Positions 26,834 to 34,723 of a stretch of DNA of 44,947 nucleotides are shown one piece after another. The stretch's first letter is position 1. Each line of letters starts with the position of its first letter. The notes under the pieces were generated by a model. The model ran no database searches. It was given only the letters and a program-made list of their open reading frames with translations, and had not been told where the DNA came from. The stretch is from a virus (lineage: Duplodnaviria; Caudoviricetes). A program made the translations under genes and the position numbers. The stretch is from the IMG/VR virus record IMGVR_UViG_3300033407_000034, positions 1-44,947 of that record; one strand, 5' to 3'.

Positions 26834-28254
26834 CACACACCTGCCTTTGTTGAGGAGCCGGTAGCGCTCATGGGCGAGGACGAGAAACCACGGCTGTAGT
26901 CGGGAGATCCCTCGCCTTCCTCCAGCTCTTCACACGCGTATTCCAGCGCTGCTACGAGGTCGTCCTCGTGCCTCACGACTACCATCTCGTCTTTCGTGTC
27001 CGTCAGCCTGTGCTCGTAGTGGTATGCCTCTAGCTCGTCGCACAACTCATCGATCCCCGGCGCTCCCGCTACAAACAGCAGGCCGGGCGAGTCGTCTAAG
27101 GCGCTGGGGCCGTAGCTTACGGCGGTGCCCTTTGTTTCTCCCCGTAGGGACGGGACGATGCCGCCGGGGAAGGTGTTGAGCAGGCGGCCTACGAGGTCTA
27201 CGCGGTGCTGTCGGGAGCCTTCGCCACTCTTGGCGATGTTGGCATTAAGAAGCCCCGCGAGTACGTCTTGATTGGGGTCAACTCGCCCCCGACGGAGGGC
27301 AAAGCGGGAGCGTAGGCCTGCCACCACTCGTCGGAGGGCTTCACCGTGGTCGTCAGAAGGGCGTCCCCAGGCTTCCCGTACCCAGAGCCGCCCCAGGTTA
27401 TCTCGACTGACTGCCACTGCTGCCGACTTATGTACCCGGCCAAAGTCAGCCCCGAACGCACCATCCACAAACCGAACGCCTTCTTCCATCTCTCGTACAT
27501 GGATGCTCCTGTCGAAGTGAGGATATACCGCGTTCTCTACGCCGCCCGGCTCGCCATCGATCAGCTTCTGAGCAAGGTGCGCCGGGTAGAACGCCCTCAG
27601 CATCTGCTCGTATCCCGGCCGCAAATGCGGGTTGTCGCTCATCCTTGACGGCACGAAATGCACCTGCAGGTTAGGCGTGTTCGCGACCTCTTCCGGTAGC
27701 TCGCCCTTCATGAACCACTTCTCAGGCCAGCCGCCCAGTGGGTTGAAGCCGATCAGCATCACCCATACCCGCGCTCGTGGGTCCCTGAGACGCGAAAGCA
27801 GGCCCAGGATCGCCGGCAACGGCACTTCGTGCGCCTCTTCGACAAAGACGCGGCCGTACTCGGTGGACATGAGCGACTCCCAGTCCTCCAGGCCGCGGAA
27901 GGTCACCCGACCATAGACCTGCCCGTCACGCGATAGCTCGCGGTAGACAGGCGTGGTGTCGTACTTCCTGCGGTAAGGGAACATGCGCGTCATGTTGTCG
28001 AACGCCTTGAGCGTGGTGTCCTTCAGGTCTACAAAGTCCTGACGCCCGATCAGCGTCTCATAACCATGACCATCAAGGGCGCTCTCAGTGGCAATGCCGG
28101 CCTCGAGGAAGGTCTTCCCACCACCGACGGCGCCGCCGTAGCCGATGATGACCGTGGAGCCGTCTGGCGCTGCGTTAATCAAGTCGCGTACCGATTGCTG
28201 GCGTGGTGTGTAGTCCCACGGCAGCGTCGTTAAGTCGTTCGCTTGCTGCTTCAT
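26833..28254 (-). CDS. terL: Terminase large subunit
   Basis: Walker A GYGGAVGGGKT, Walker B VFVEEAHE, coupling motif GFNP, nuclease GADFG...DDLVAALEY; start chosen at ATG 28254. Confidence 0.95.
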   Translation of the reverse strand: MKQQANDLTTLPWDYTPRQQSVRDLINAAPDGSTVIIGYGGAVGGGKTFLEAGIATESALDGHGYETLIGRQDFVDLKDTTLKAFDNMTRMFPYRRKYDTTPVYRELSRDGQVYGRVTFRGLEDWESLMSTEYGRVFVEEAHEVPLPAILGLLSRLRDPRARVWVMLIGFNPLGGWPEKWFMKGELPEEVANTPNLQVHFVPSRMSDNPHLRPGYEQMLRAFYPAHLAQKLIDGEPGGVENAVYPHFDRSIHVREMEEGVRFVDGAFGADFGRVHKSAAVAVSRDNLGRLWVREAWGRPSDDHGEALRRVVAGLRSRFALRRGRVDPNQDVLAGLLNANIAKSGEGSRQHRVDLVGRLLNTFPGGIVPSLRGETKGTAVSYGPSALDDSPGLLFVAGAPGIDELCDELEAYHYEHRLTDTKDEMVVVRHEDDLVAALEYACEELEEGEGSPDYSRGFSSSPMSATGSSTKAGV

Positions 28255-28591
28255 ACGCCGAGAGCGCGGCGAGGGCTTTGTCTGCGAGCGTCCCAAACCA
28301 TAGATAGGCGTCTCTTGGGGGGAGAGAGCGTAGCCAGTCTTGGTCTTGACCGAGGCGGGCAGCTGATCGAAGCGCCATGAGGGTTTCGGAGACAAAGTCG
28401 GTGAAGAGGGTATCGATGTCATCGATCTTTTCGGGGTTGATCCGGGCTAAAGGTTCGAGGCCCCTGGTCCATGTTTGAACCGTTCCGCGTGGCACGTCGT
28501 ACTTGCGTGCAAGCTCGTGCTTGGGCGTCCCTAGAGTCTGCCATTCGGCGATCAATCGAGCCTTGATCTCTGGCGTGTAGGTCTTGTTCAT
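28175..28591 (-). CDS. terS: Terminase small subunit (HTH)
   Basis: N-terminal HTH (KHELARKYDVPRGTVQTW); directly upstream of terL. Confidence 0.75.
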   Translation of the reverse strand: MNKTYTPEIKARLIAEWQTLGTPKHELARKYDVPRGTVQTWTRGLEPLARINPEKIDDIDTLFTDFVSETLMALRSAARLGQDQDWLRSLPPRDAYLWFGTLADKALAALSAYEAASERLNDAAVGLHTTPAIGTRLD

Positions 28592-28637
28592 GCACCCTCT
28601 GTGCCTACTCCCTGAAAACAGAAAAGGTAACTATCCC

Positions 28638-28666
28638 TTGACTGTAGAAGCCGTCGGGGATAGACT
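28638..28666 (+). promoter_or_regulatory. Promoter within the left TIR driving a leaderless mRNA
   Basis: TTGACT-17 bp-TAGACT, with ATG 7 nt downstream. Confidence 0.7.
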
Positions 28667-28673
28667 GAGGCCA

Positions 28674-28910
28674 ATGAGTGAGATACGCGGCATCTGGCCC
28701 ATCAGGACTTGCCCTGACTGCCATGAGGAAATGGTGATGACCGGCGACGATCACCGCTATGGAATCCCCACAACCAACGGGCCAGAAGGGCTACGATTCT
28801 CAATCCCTGTCTTGCTGTACATCTGCCGAAGTTGCGGACTCGTTCGCCTCTACTCCCTTCGTGTTCTTGAACGCGAACGAGATATGACCGATCAATCAGA
28901 GAGCCTCTAG
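28674..28910 (+). CDS. IS passenger zinc-ribbon protein
   Basis: CPDC...CRSCGLVRLY. Confidence 0.7.
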   Translation: MSEIRGIWPIRTCPDCHEEMVMTGDDHRYGIPTTNGPEGLRFSIPVLLYICRSCGLVRLYSLRVLERERDMTDQSESL

Positions 28911-28921
28911 GAGCAGCCACG

Positions 28922-29434
28922 ATGCCTCCAGTCAACAGAAACGAACCGATACGAGCAGCGTCTTCCGAGTCGCGCTATTCCCTCATGGAGTTCATGCAGG
29001 AGTTCCCTGACGACGCGACTTGCCTTGAATGGCTCTGGCGTAACCGCTTCTCGGAAGATGGCACTCACGCCACCTGCCCGAAGTGCGAAACGGAACGCGT
29101 GTTCAAGCGATACGGCACGGCGCAGCAGCGCCAATCGTGGACGTGCACCGCTTGCGGCGATCACCTGCACCCGACCGCCGGAACGATCTTCCACAAGTCC
29201 TCTACGTCGCTTCACCTGTGGTTCTACGCCATGTACCTCATGACCAGCACACGATGCGGTATCTCCGCTAAGCAAATGGAGCGCGAGCTGGGAGTCACCT
29301 ACAAAACGGCGTGGCGCATGTGCCACCTGATCCGTAACGTGCTTATGGAACAAACTGACTTCAGGTTGGCGATGAAGTCCTTGCGTTCGGGGATCGGTAT
29401 CTCGGTTCCCTTCGCCGTTTTCTGTTTGTCTTGA
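28922..29434 (+). pseudogene. IS1595-family transposase, truncated (Zn ribbon and HTH kept, DDE domain lost)
   Basis: FPDDATCLEWL, CPKC..CTAC, TAGTIFHKS, GISAKQMERELGVTYKTAWRM; similarity ends near 29353. Confidence 0.9.
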
Positions 29435-29454
29435 TCCGACGGGCTGTCGCTCAT
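29299..29454 (-). CDS. Small IS-associated peptide (leaderless; natural end probably truncated)
   Basis: TATCCT-6 nt-ATG; MSDSPSDQDKQKTAKGTEIPIPERKDFIANLKSV. Confidence 0.5.
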   Translation of the reverse strand: MSDSPSDQDKQKTAKGTEIPIPERKDFIANLKSVCSISTLRIRWHMRHAVL

Positions 29455-29470
29455 AAGTTGAGGATACCTC

Positions 29471-30214
29471 ATGCATCCACTCGATAGCGCGTGGGAAAAG
29501 TTCAATCGAGGTGAGTTGCGGGCACGCGAGATCAGCGACCTCGTCGGGGGCTTCGCCAAGACGAAACCGTATACCGTCGTCGAAAAGATCGAAGATGAGA
29601 CGGGCGACAAACTCTTTGTCGTTGACGGTAAGCCCGCCGATCCACCTCTCTCCATCTCGACCACTTTGGGCGAAGTCCTCTACAACCTTCGGTCTTCCCT
29701 TGATCACGTCGCGTGGCAACTCGTCATCGCCAACGGTAAGCAGCCTATCGAGAAGACGAGCGCCTTTCCCCTCATCGATGACCCCATTAAATGGGATGAG
29801 CGATTCACCAGAAACAAAGTGAGTCGAATGAGTGACTACGCAAGAACACTCGTTAAGTCTGTTCAGCCTTGCTTTGGAAGCAACCCGCATACCAATGAAT
29901 GGCTGTCCTGGCTTGAAGATTTGACCAACATAGACAAACACCGACACCTCAACCTCGTTGTTGCAGGTGTCGGTGGAGTCATGGGAATCCCGCCCGGTGC
30001 CTTCGTCCACAACGGTCCGATCGATGACGGCACAGTAATGGCCCGCTTCCCCAAAGCGTATGCCCACATGCAGATCGACGGGTGGTTCTATGAGGTAGCG
30101 CTGAGCGAGGGACCAGCCATCGGGGAGACGATCACCAGCCTCACGTCGGCCCTTCGCCTTGTGACCTCTAACATGCTCAAGTTGTTCGGAGGGTTTTTCC
30201 CTCCCCGTCCATGA
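29471..30214 (+). CDS. IS passenger protein, possibly HEPN-like
   Basis: GAGG RBS; GEVLYNLRSSLDH...LTNIDKHR motifs; lower GC. Confidence 0.75.
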   Translation: MHPLDSAWEKFNRGELRAREISDLVGGFAKTKPYTVVEKIEDETGDKLFVVDGKPADPPLSISTTLGEVLYNLRSSLDHVAWQLVIANGKQPIEKTSAFPLIDDPIKWDERFTRNKVSRMSDYARTLVKSVQPCFGSNPHTNEWLSWLEDLTNIDKHRHLNLVVAGVGGVMGIPPGAFVHNGPIDDGTVMARFPKAYAHMQIDGWFYEVALSEGPAIGETITSLTSALRLVTSNMLKLFGGFFPPRP

Positions 30215-30279
30215 TTCTGCGTTCGCATCGCGTGAAAAGGTTCCCATCCTGCCGCTTCTCCAGTCAAGGGATAGTTGCC

Positions 30280-30384
30280 AATGAAAAGGCCGCATCCCGA
30301 CCTTGGGAAACGGCCAATACTCCTCCGGGCTGCTGAGACCCGGCTTCGCTATTCGGTTGTTATGTCCGCGGCGATTCTACCACA
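30280..30384 (-). promoter_or_regulatory. Late promoter with a two-hairpin leader and terminator
   Basis: Extended -10 TGTGGTAGAAT; hairpins CCGGG..CCCGG and GGCCG..CGGCC followed by TTTT. Confidence 0.65.
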
Positions 30385-30503
30385 GGTACGTACTCGGTGC
30401 CGCAAGCCTTGCAGCGTAGCACCGGGGCGTAACCCCCTGAAGGCAGGCGGACCCGGCGCCGCACGACGGCATGGCGAATGTCCTTGCATGACGGACAGCG
30501 CAT
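30360..30503 (-). CDS. Zinc-ribbon regulator (Ogr/NrdR-ribbon-like)
   Basis: MRCPSCKD...RCKACGTEY; overlaps the late promoter. Confidence 0.6.
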   Translation of the reverse strand: MRCPSCKDIRHAVVRRRVRLPSGGYAPVLRCKACGTEYVPVVESPRT

Positions 30504-30529
30504 CTCGTGCTCAGCGGTAGCAGACACGG

Positions 30530-30778
30530 CTACGCGCTGGGCCTTTCGGGGTGCCACGGCCAGTCTGGGGTAAGCCTGAATGCTAGTGGCTGGTAGCCTG
30601 CCTCGAAGACGCGCCTGACGAAACAGGTAGGGCAGAGAATTGGTTCCTCGTTCCCCTCTCCCGGCTGACGGCAAACAGCGTTCCAGAACACGTTGTCAGT
30701 CCACCACACGAAAGGATTCTCCTGCCCGCAATCAGAGCAAGGGCCGTCGCCCATTGGCACTTCATTCCCGTACTTCAT
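30530..30778 (-). CDS. Zinc-binding hypothetical protein
   Basis: CSDCG...WNAVC...LCPTCF. Confidence 0.7.
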   Translation of the reverse strand: MKYGNEVPMGDGPCSDCGQENPFVWWTDNVFWNAVCRQPGEGNEEPILCPTCFVRRVFEAGYQPLAFRLTPDWPWHPERPSA

Positions 30779-30844
30779 CCCGCACTCCCTGTCTCAGGCG
30801 TGGTGGTCAGGGCCGAGCGGGCTTCGTCAAACGCTGCTGCCCAC

Positions 30845-31198
30845 TCACGGGTGCCCGGAGGGGCCGGAAGCAGCGGTAACTCTAAGGGAGGAGAGTGCTT
30901 CACGGACGTAATCTGCATCGCAACCTGCTAGGTAAGTTTCCCGATCATGCATATTGGTGCCCGGAGCAAACGGTATACCGTCGTAACAACGGCGGCACAA
31001 ATCAAGGGCCGCTCGCTCCAGCGCCTCCCGCATCCGGCGAGCATCCTGGGCGAGGGCGTTTAGCGCCTCCAGTAACTCTTCTGAGTTGGGCTCGTAAGGC
31101 AGAATCGCTTCCCCGTTCGTGTATTCCCAATTCAGGTCTGGCCGTTGCTGAAGTCGCCACGTGCCCGCGTCCTGAGCCTGGTCGGGGTTAGAGGTCAT
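30845..31198 (-). CDS. Hypothetical protein
   Basis: AAAAGGAG RBS before MTSNPDQ. Confidence 0.55.
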   Translation of the reverse strand: MTSNPDQAQDAGTWRLQQRPDLNWEYTNGEAILPYEPNSEELLEALNALAQDARRMREALERAALDLCRRCYDGIPFAPGTNMHDRETYLAGCDADYVREALSSLRVTAASGPSGHP

Positions 31199-31310
31199 GG
31201 CAATGCGCTCCTTTTCGGCAGCTTCGATACCGGATTGACCAGCCGAGCAGGAACCACAACGGGAAACTCGCAACGAAGCCCCAGCCGAAGATCGCGATGT
31301 CAGCCATCAG

Positions 31311-31544
31311 CTATGCCCACCCTGAAGGGGGGGCGGCTTTATATCCGGCCCACCCACATGTGCAAATCTCGCCTCCTTCGCTACCCGCTAGGACGACAGC
31401 GCATTCCATGTTGTGGTCGCCGTATTCCCGCAGCGCCGCCTCTGCGGCTGCAAGGCTGGTCTTCAGTGCCCGGTTCTCATCCCGCAGGTCGGCGATCTCC
31501 CCGGCGAGGATGTTCATTCCGTGTTCCCGATCCTGCTCACTCAT
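31311..31544 (-). CDS. Coiled-coil protein with an H/C zinc motif
   Basis: ALREYGDHNMEC...CTCG. Confidence 0.65.
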   Translation of the reverse strand: MSEQDREHGMNILAGEIADLRDENRALKTSLAAAEAALREYGDHNMECAVVLAGSEGGEICTCGWAGYKAAPPSGWA

Positions 31545-31545
31545 C

Positions 31546-32067
31546 TCACGCCTCCTTACCTGATGCCGGGGAGGGGAACCTTATTCCTTCTGGGGGAGAG
31601 TCCAGACATCCACCAACCGAGCACCACCAACTCTGGTTCGGTACGTGATTCCAGGCGTGGCTGTGATGCCTCTCCCCACCAGCCTCCGGGTCAGGGGTGG
31701 GAGAGGAGAGGGCTTCCAGACGAGCAGCCATCTCACTCGTGGTCTGTGGCAGGTACTTCATCACTCCCTCTATCGACCAATGCGAATAGCTATCATCCCG
31801 CATTGAGAACGGGTAGACTGGACGATTCGGTTCGTAAGTCCATGCGCCGACCTCCAGCCGCTTCTGTGGCTCACCAGCAGGCTCGGGCCCTGGTCCAGGG
31901 GCGTCATTCAATTCGGGTAATGGTGACGTTACACCGGCCGAGTCCTCCGCAGACGAGGGTGATTCCGCTAAGTAGGTCCAAGTCTCTTTGCAGTTCTCGC
32001 AGCCAAGCAGCACATACTTGGTTTCGTAGTCGATGATCTTGAGCCAGTGCGAAATACATGCGCTCAT
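31546..32067 (-). CDS. Mosaic hypothetical protein
   Basis: CISHW..CENC N-terminus; coupled to the HNH gene. Confidence 0.55.
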   Translation of the reverse strand: MSACISHWLKIIDYETKYVLLGCENCKETWTYLAESPSSAEDSAGVTSPLPELNDAPGPGPEPAGEPQKRLEVGAWTYEPNRPVYPFSMRDDSYSHWSIEGVMKYLPQTTSEMAARLEALSSPTPDPEAGGERHHSHAWNHVPNQSWWCSVGGCLDSPPEGIRFPSPASGKEA

Positions 32068-32663
32068 CGGGCTGCCCTCTTGTAACTAAGCGTTCGCATC
32101 CGTGAGCAGGCTCGGCAAACACGATGCCCCTGCCAGAGATAGGTGTTCTCAGGAGTAAACTCGTGGCCGCGCTTGCAGTGGGTTTGGCCGTCTGCCTTAT
32201 TGCGGACCAGCCCTGATTGACGACGCGTGGTAAAGGTCGCGCCTTTCCTCACCTCATCGCGCACGACAAGGGATTCGTGATTGTGGCAGCCGGTGCAAAG
32301 CACCTCATGGTTACCTTCGGAGTTGTCCTCGTGGTTGTGGTTCTTGTGGTGGATTTCGAGCCGCCGACCAAACATGGCGACCTGCTCATCCATCGACCGC
32401 CCACACTGCTCGCAGCAGTTGCCAGCCGCCTCATAAAGCGCCACTCGCCGGGGCTCAGATAGAGTGATCACCACCTGCTTTCGCAGCAGGCGACTATGAT
32501 GACCATGAATGAATCGTCGGGGTGGCTTGCCAGGGCGGAAGGGGTCTATCTCTTGGCCACAGCCGCAACCACAGGTAGGATGATCAAGCATCGGAACCTC
32601 ACTTCCGGTGTCACGCCCGGGGCCGGTCGCACGGCGCTCGGGCACTTCTGTCGTTACCGTCAT
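32064..32663 (-). CDS. HNH homing endonuclease
   Basis: CGCGCG N-terminal motif, CEQC..IHH..N..N..LCTGCHN, C-terminal THCKRGHEFTPENTY..CRAC. Confidence 0.9.
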   Translation of the reverse strand: MTVTTEVPERRATGPGRDTGSEVPMLDHPTCGCGCGQEIDPFRPGKPPRRFIHGHHSRLLRKQVVITLSEPRRVALYEAAGNCCEQCGRSMDEQVAMFGRRLEIHHKNHNHEDNSEGNHEVLCTGCHNHESLVVRDEVRKGATFTTRRQSGLVRNKADGQTHCKRGHEFTPENTYLWQGHRVCRACSRMRTLSYKRAAR

Positions 32664-33412
32664 TTTACCACCTCTATCGTGACGCTGCATCGTCCGCTAT
32701 CGCTTCCGCAAACGATCGTAAGTCCCGCCTCTGAGAGGTCGAGGTGATTGGCGGAGCATCCGGGGCAGGAGTCTGTACGGCGAGCCTCCAGGCATCCGCC
32801 AGGCCCGCACACTTGAAACAGCGTTCCGCATGGCCACTCGCGATAACGTGACGGCCCAACCGCAATAATGCTCGGGTTTCCAGAGGAGTAGAGGCCAGCT
32901 CCGCTGCATCCCATTGGGAGTCCGTTGTAGTTGGGCTCGAAGCTTCCGTCGGCCCGCTGCCTGCCGTCCCCATATCGGGTGACGATCCCGCTGACTGACT
33001 CTGCGCCTGCTGTGCCTCCTCCAGGTGGATTCTCATGATCGCCTGCGCCAGGATTGCTAGCTTCACGTTGGTGTGAACCCGCTCCATCTTCTCCGTCTGC
33101 GCGTTGATCTCTTTCACTTGCTCGAAGTAATCCCGATCCATCCTCGTCCTCCTCCCCGCTTAGGGCTGCTTCGGGCGGCGCTCGCCATTGAGTGCCTGCT
33201 TCGCTTCCGCCTGCATGTTCTCGTAAGCCATCTCCAGCGCCTCCTGATAAGGCAGCCCATACCTCTGCTCTGAGTTCCGCCGAAGCCAATCGGGAGACTG
33301 GTAATCGCGAGATATCCGCCTCAGTGTGTCGTAGTACTTCGTTTCGTTCGTATCTCTCGCCTCGATTCTCGTTCACTACGACTGCTGCTGTGATCGCGGG
33401 GATTAATAGCAC
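32660..33412 (-). CDS. RlpA/expansin-like double-psi beta-barrel protein
   Basis: VTRYG...IIAVG...WPCGT...TDSCPGC...HLDLS; hydrophobic N-terminus; start uncertain. Confidence 0.75.
   Translation of the reverse strand: MLLIPAITAAVVVNENRGERYERNEVLRHTEADISRLPVSRLASAELRAEVWAALSGGAGDGLREHAGGSEAGTQWRAPPEAALSGEEDEDGSGLLRASERDQRADGEDGAGSHQREASNPGAGDHENPPGGGTAGAESVSGIVTRYGDGRQRADGSFEPNYNGLPMGCSGAGLYSSGNPSIIAVGPSRYREWPCGTLFQVCGPGGCLEARRTDSCPGCSANHLDLSEAGLTIVCGSDSGRCSVTIEVVK
32674..33141 (-). CDS. Nested out-of-frame ORF with a helical N-terminus
   Basis: GGAGGA RBS; MDRDYFEQVKEINAQTEKMERV. Confidence 0.45.
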   Translation of the reverse strand: MDRDYFEQVKEINAQTEKMERVHTNVKLAILAQAIMRIHLEEAQQAQSQSAGSSPDMGTAGSGPTEASSPTTTDSQWDAAELASTPLETRALLRLGRHVIASGHAERCFKCAGLADAWRLAVQTPAPDAPPITSTSQRRDLRSFAEAIADDAASR

Positions 33413-33432
33413 AGCGAACAGCCTGAACCAAG

Positions 33433-33636
33433 TTATCCCTGAGTCCCTTCGTCAACCCTGATCTCATCGAGCGGAAGGGTGATCCGCCTCGGCATTGCGA
33501 AATGCTGATCAGGAGTCAGGTTCTCAATCCTCATCGTTGCGCCACACTCACAGGCGGATGAGTCGTCAGACTTCATCTCACCAACCAACGTCCCTCCGCC
33601 GGTGTGCTTGAACTCGTGCTGATGTAGTTCGCTCAT
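33433..33636 (-). CDS. Small H/C zinc-binding protein
   Basis: GAGGAG RBS; HQHEF...CECG. Confidence 0.6.
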   Translation of the reverse strand: MSELHQHEFKHTGGGTLVGEMKSDDSSACECGATMRIENLTPDQHFAMPRRITLPLDEIRVDEGTQG

Positions 33637-33788
33637 CGAATCTCCTCATTTCTCCGGCAACAGCCAGACTCTTCGTGCCTGTGTAATTCGCAAAGCCTGT
33701 GGACGCAGCTCGCAGTGCAGAGGTAAGCAGGGTTAGGGCTATCGCATCTCCCCGCCTCCGTTCGTGCCTGGCAACGGCGCAGGCTCAT
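33633..33788 (-). CDS. Small Cys/His-rich protein
   Basis: Manual translation MSLRRCQARTEAGRCDSPNPAYLCTASCVHRLCELHRHEESGCC...; ATGA-coupled at both ends. Confidence 0.6.
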   Translation of the reverse strand: MSLRRCQARTEAGRCDSPNPAYLCTASCVHRLCELHRHEESGCCRRNEEIR

Positions 33789-34678
33789 CGCGGGTACTCC
33801 CGGACTCGCAAGTCCTCGGGTAAGTCCTCAAGCCGCGTGCCCGGACGGGCGCCGCCTAGTTGCTTGATAAACGCCGGAATCTGGAAAGCACGGGTTTGGT
33901 GCAGGATTCGGCGAGCCCAATCGGGATCGAAGGGGCGATGGCGCGGACCACTCTCACCCCCCACGATGATCCAGCTGAGGGCTCGCTCCTTGAGGTAGAA
34001 GAAGGCCGAATAGCCGTACTTCGCGTCCAGATACGGCATCAGGTCGATCGGCCCTAACAACGGCTCGGCCGAGATGAACCGCACCGCCGCCGGCGTGTCG
34101 AGCAGGATCGGGATGCGCTCGTCTGCCCACCGCTGGTTCTCGACCGAGACGCCCAGCCAGACGTTCGGGAGGGGCAGCGATGGCAGCCAATCACTAAGAA
34201 ACGAGTGATCGACAAAGTCCGCGTAGTGCTTCGGCAGATTGCCTCCGATGCCCTCCGCCATCCCCTGCGCCTCACCGCCGATGTCGTAGATGCGCTGGTC
34301 GATGTCGGCGAAGTAAGCGCGCATCCGCTCGGGGCGCTTGGTAAGAACCTGGAACACGTGCTGCTGGGCCAGCGCCATCACCGCGAACACCCGGTCGATA
34401 AACCCGTCAGGGATCGCCTCATGGAAGAGGTCGCTCATGCTGTTCACAAACACCCGCCGAGGCGTCTTCCACGAGAACGGCTTCTCCAGCCGCTCAGGGT
34501 GCAGGAACACGGTCTCGTTACCGAGTATCCACGGCTCGAAGGTCTCAGGCCAGCCCGGCGAACCGGCGTAGCGCTTCGTCAGCGCCTCCGCGTAACAGTG
34601 AGCGCAGCCGGGGCTAACCTTCGTGCAACCTGTTGCTGGATTCCAAGTCTCCTCGGTCCACTCGATTGCTGTTGCCAT
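33785..34678 (-). CDS. Phage Gp37/Gp68 (DUF5131) protein
   Basis: IEWTEETWNPATGCTKVSPGCAHCYA, FVNSMSDLFH, LTKRPER, SAEPLLG, WIIVGGESG. Confidence 0.95.
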   Translation of the reverse strand: MATAIEWTEETWNPATGCTKVSPGCAHCYAEALTKRYAGSPGWPETFEPWILGNETVFLHPERLEKPFSWKTPRRVFVNSMSDLFHEAIPDGFIDRVFAVMALAQQHVFQVLTKRPERMRAYFADIDQRIYDIGGEAQGMAEGIGGNLPKHYADFVDHSFLSDWLPSLPLPNVWLGVSVENQRWADERIPILLDTPAAVRFISAEPLLGPIDLMPYLDAKYGYSAFFYLKERALSWIIVGGESGPRHRPFDPDWARRILHQTRAFQIPAFIKQLGGARPGTRLEDLPEDLRVREYPR

Positions 34679-34723
34679 CTCCTACCTTCCTCCTGCCAGC
34701 CCCACGGTGGGGGCCTACTTCGT

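Larger units (their letters stand above)
28626..30279 (+). mobile_element. Internally deleted IS1595-family element carrying passenger genes
   Basis: TIRs GGTAACTATCCCTTGACTG and CAGTCAAGGGATAGTTGCC (18/19, imperfectly extending to about 32 bp); flanks ACAGAAAA and AATGAAAA resemble a decayed 8-bp TSD. Confidence 0.85.

Noticed and set aside
28175-28422. Programmed TerS-TerL frameshift
   Set aside because: The frames overlap, but I found no convincing slippery site and an in-frame ATG exists at 28254.
28907-30295. 462-aa minus-strand ORF
   Set aside because: Antisense shadow of the transposase remnant and passenger gene, with no motifs.
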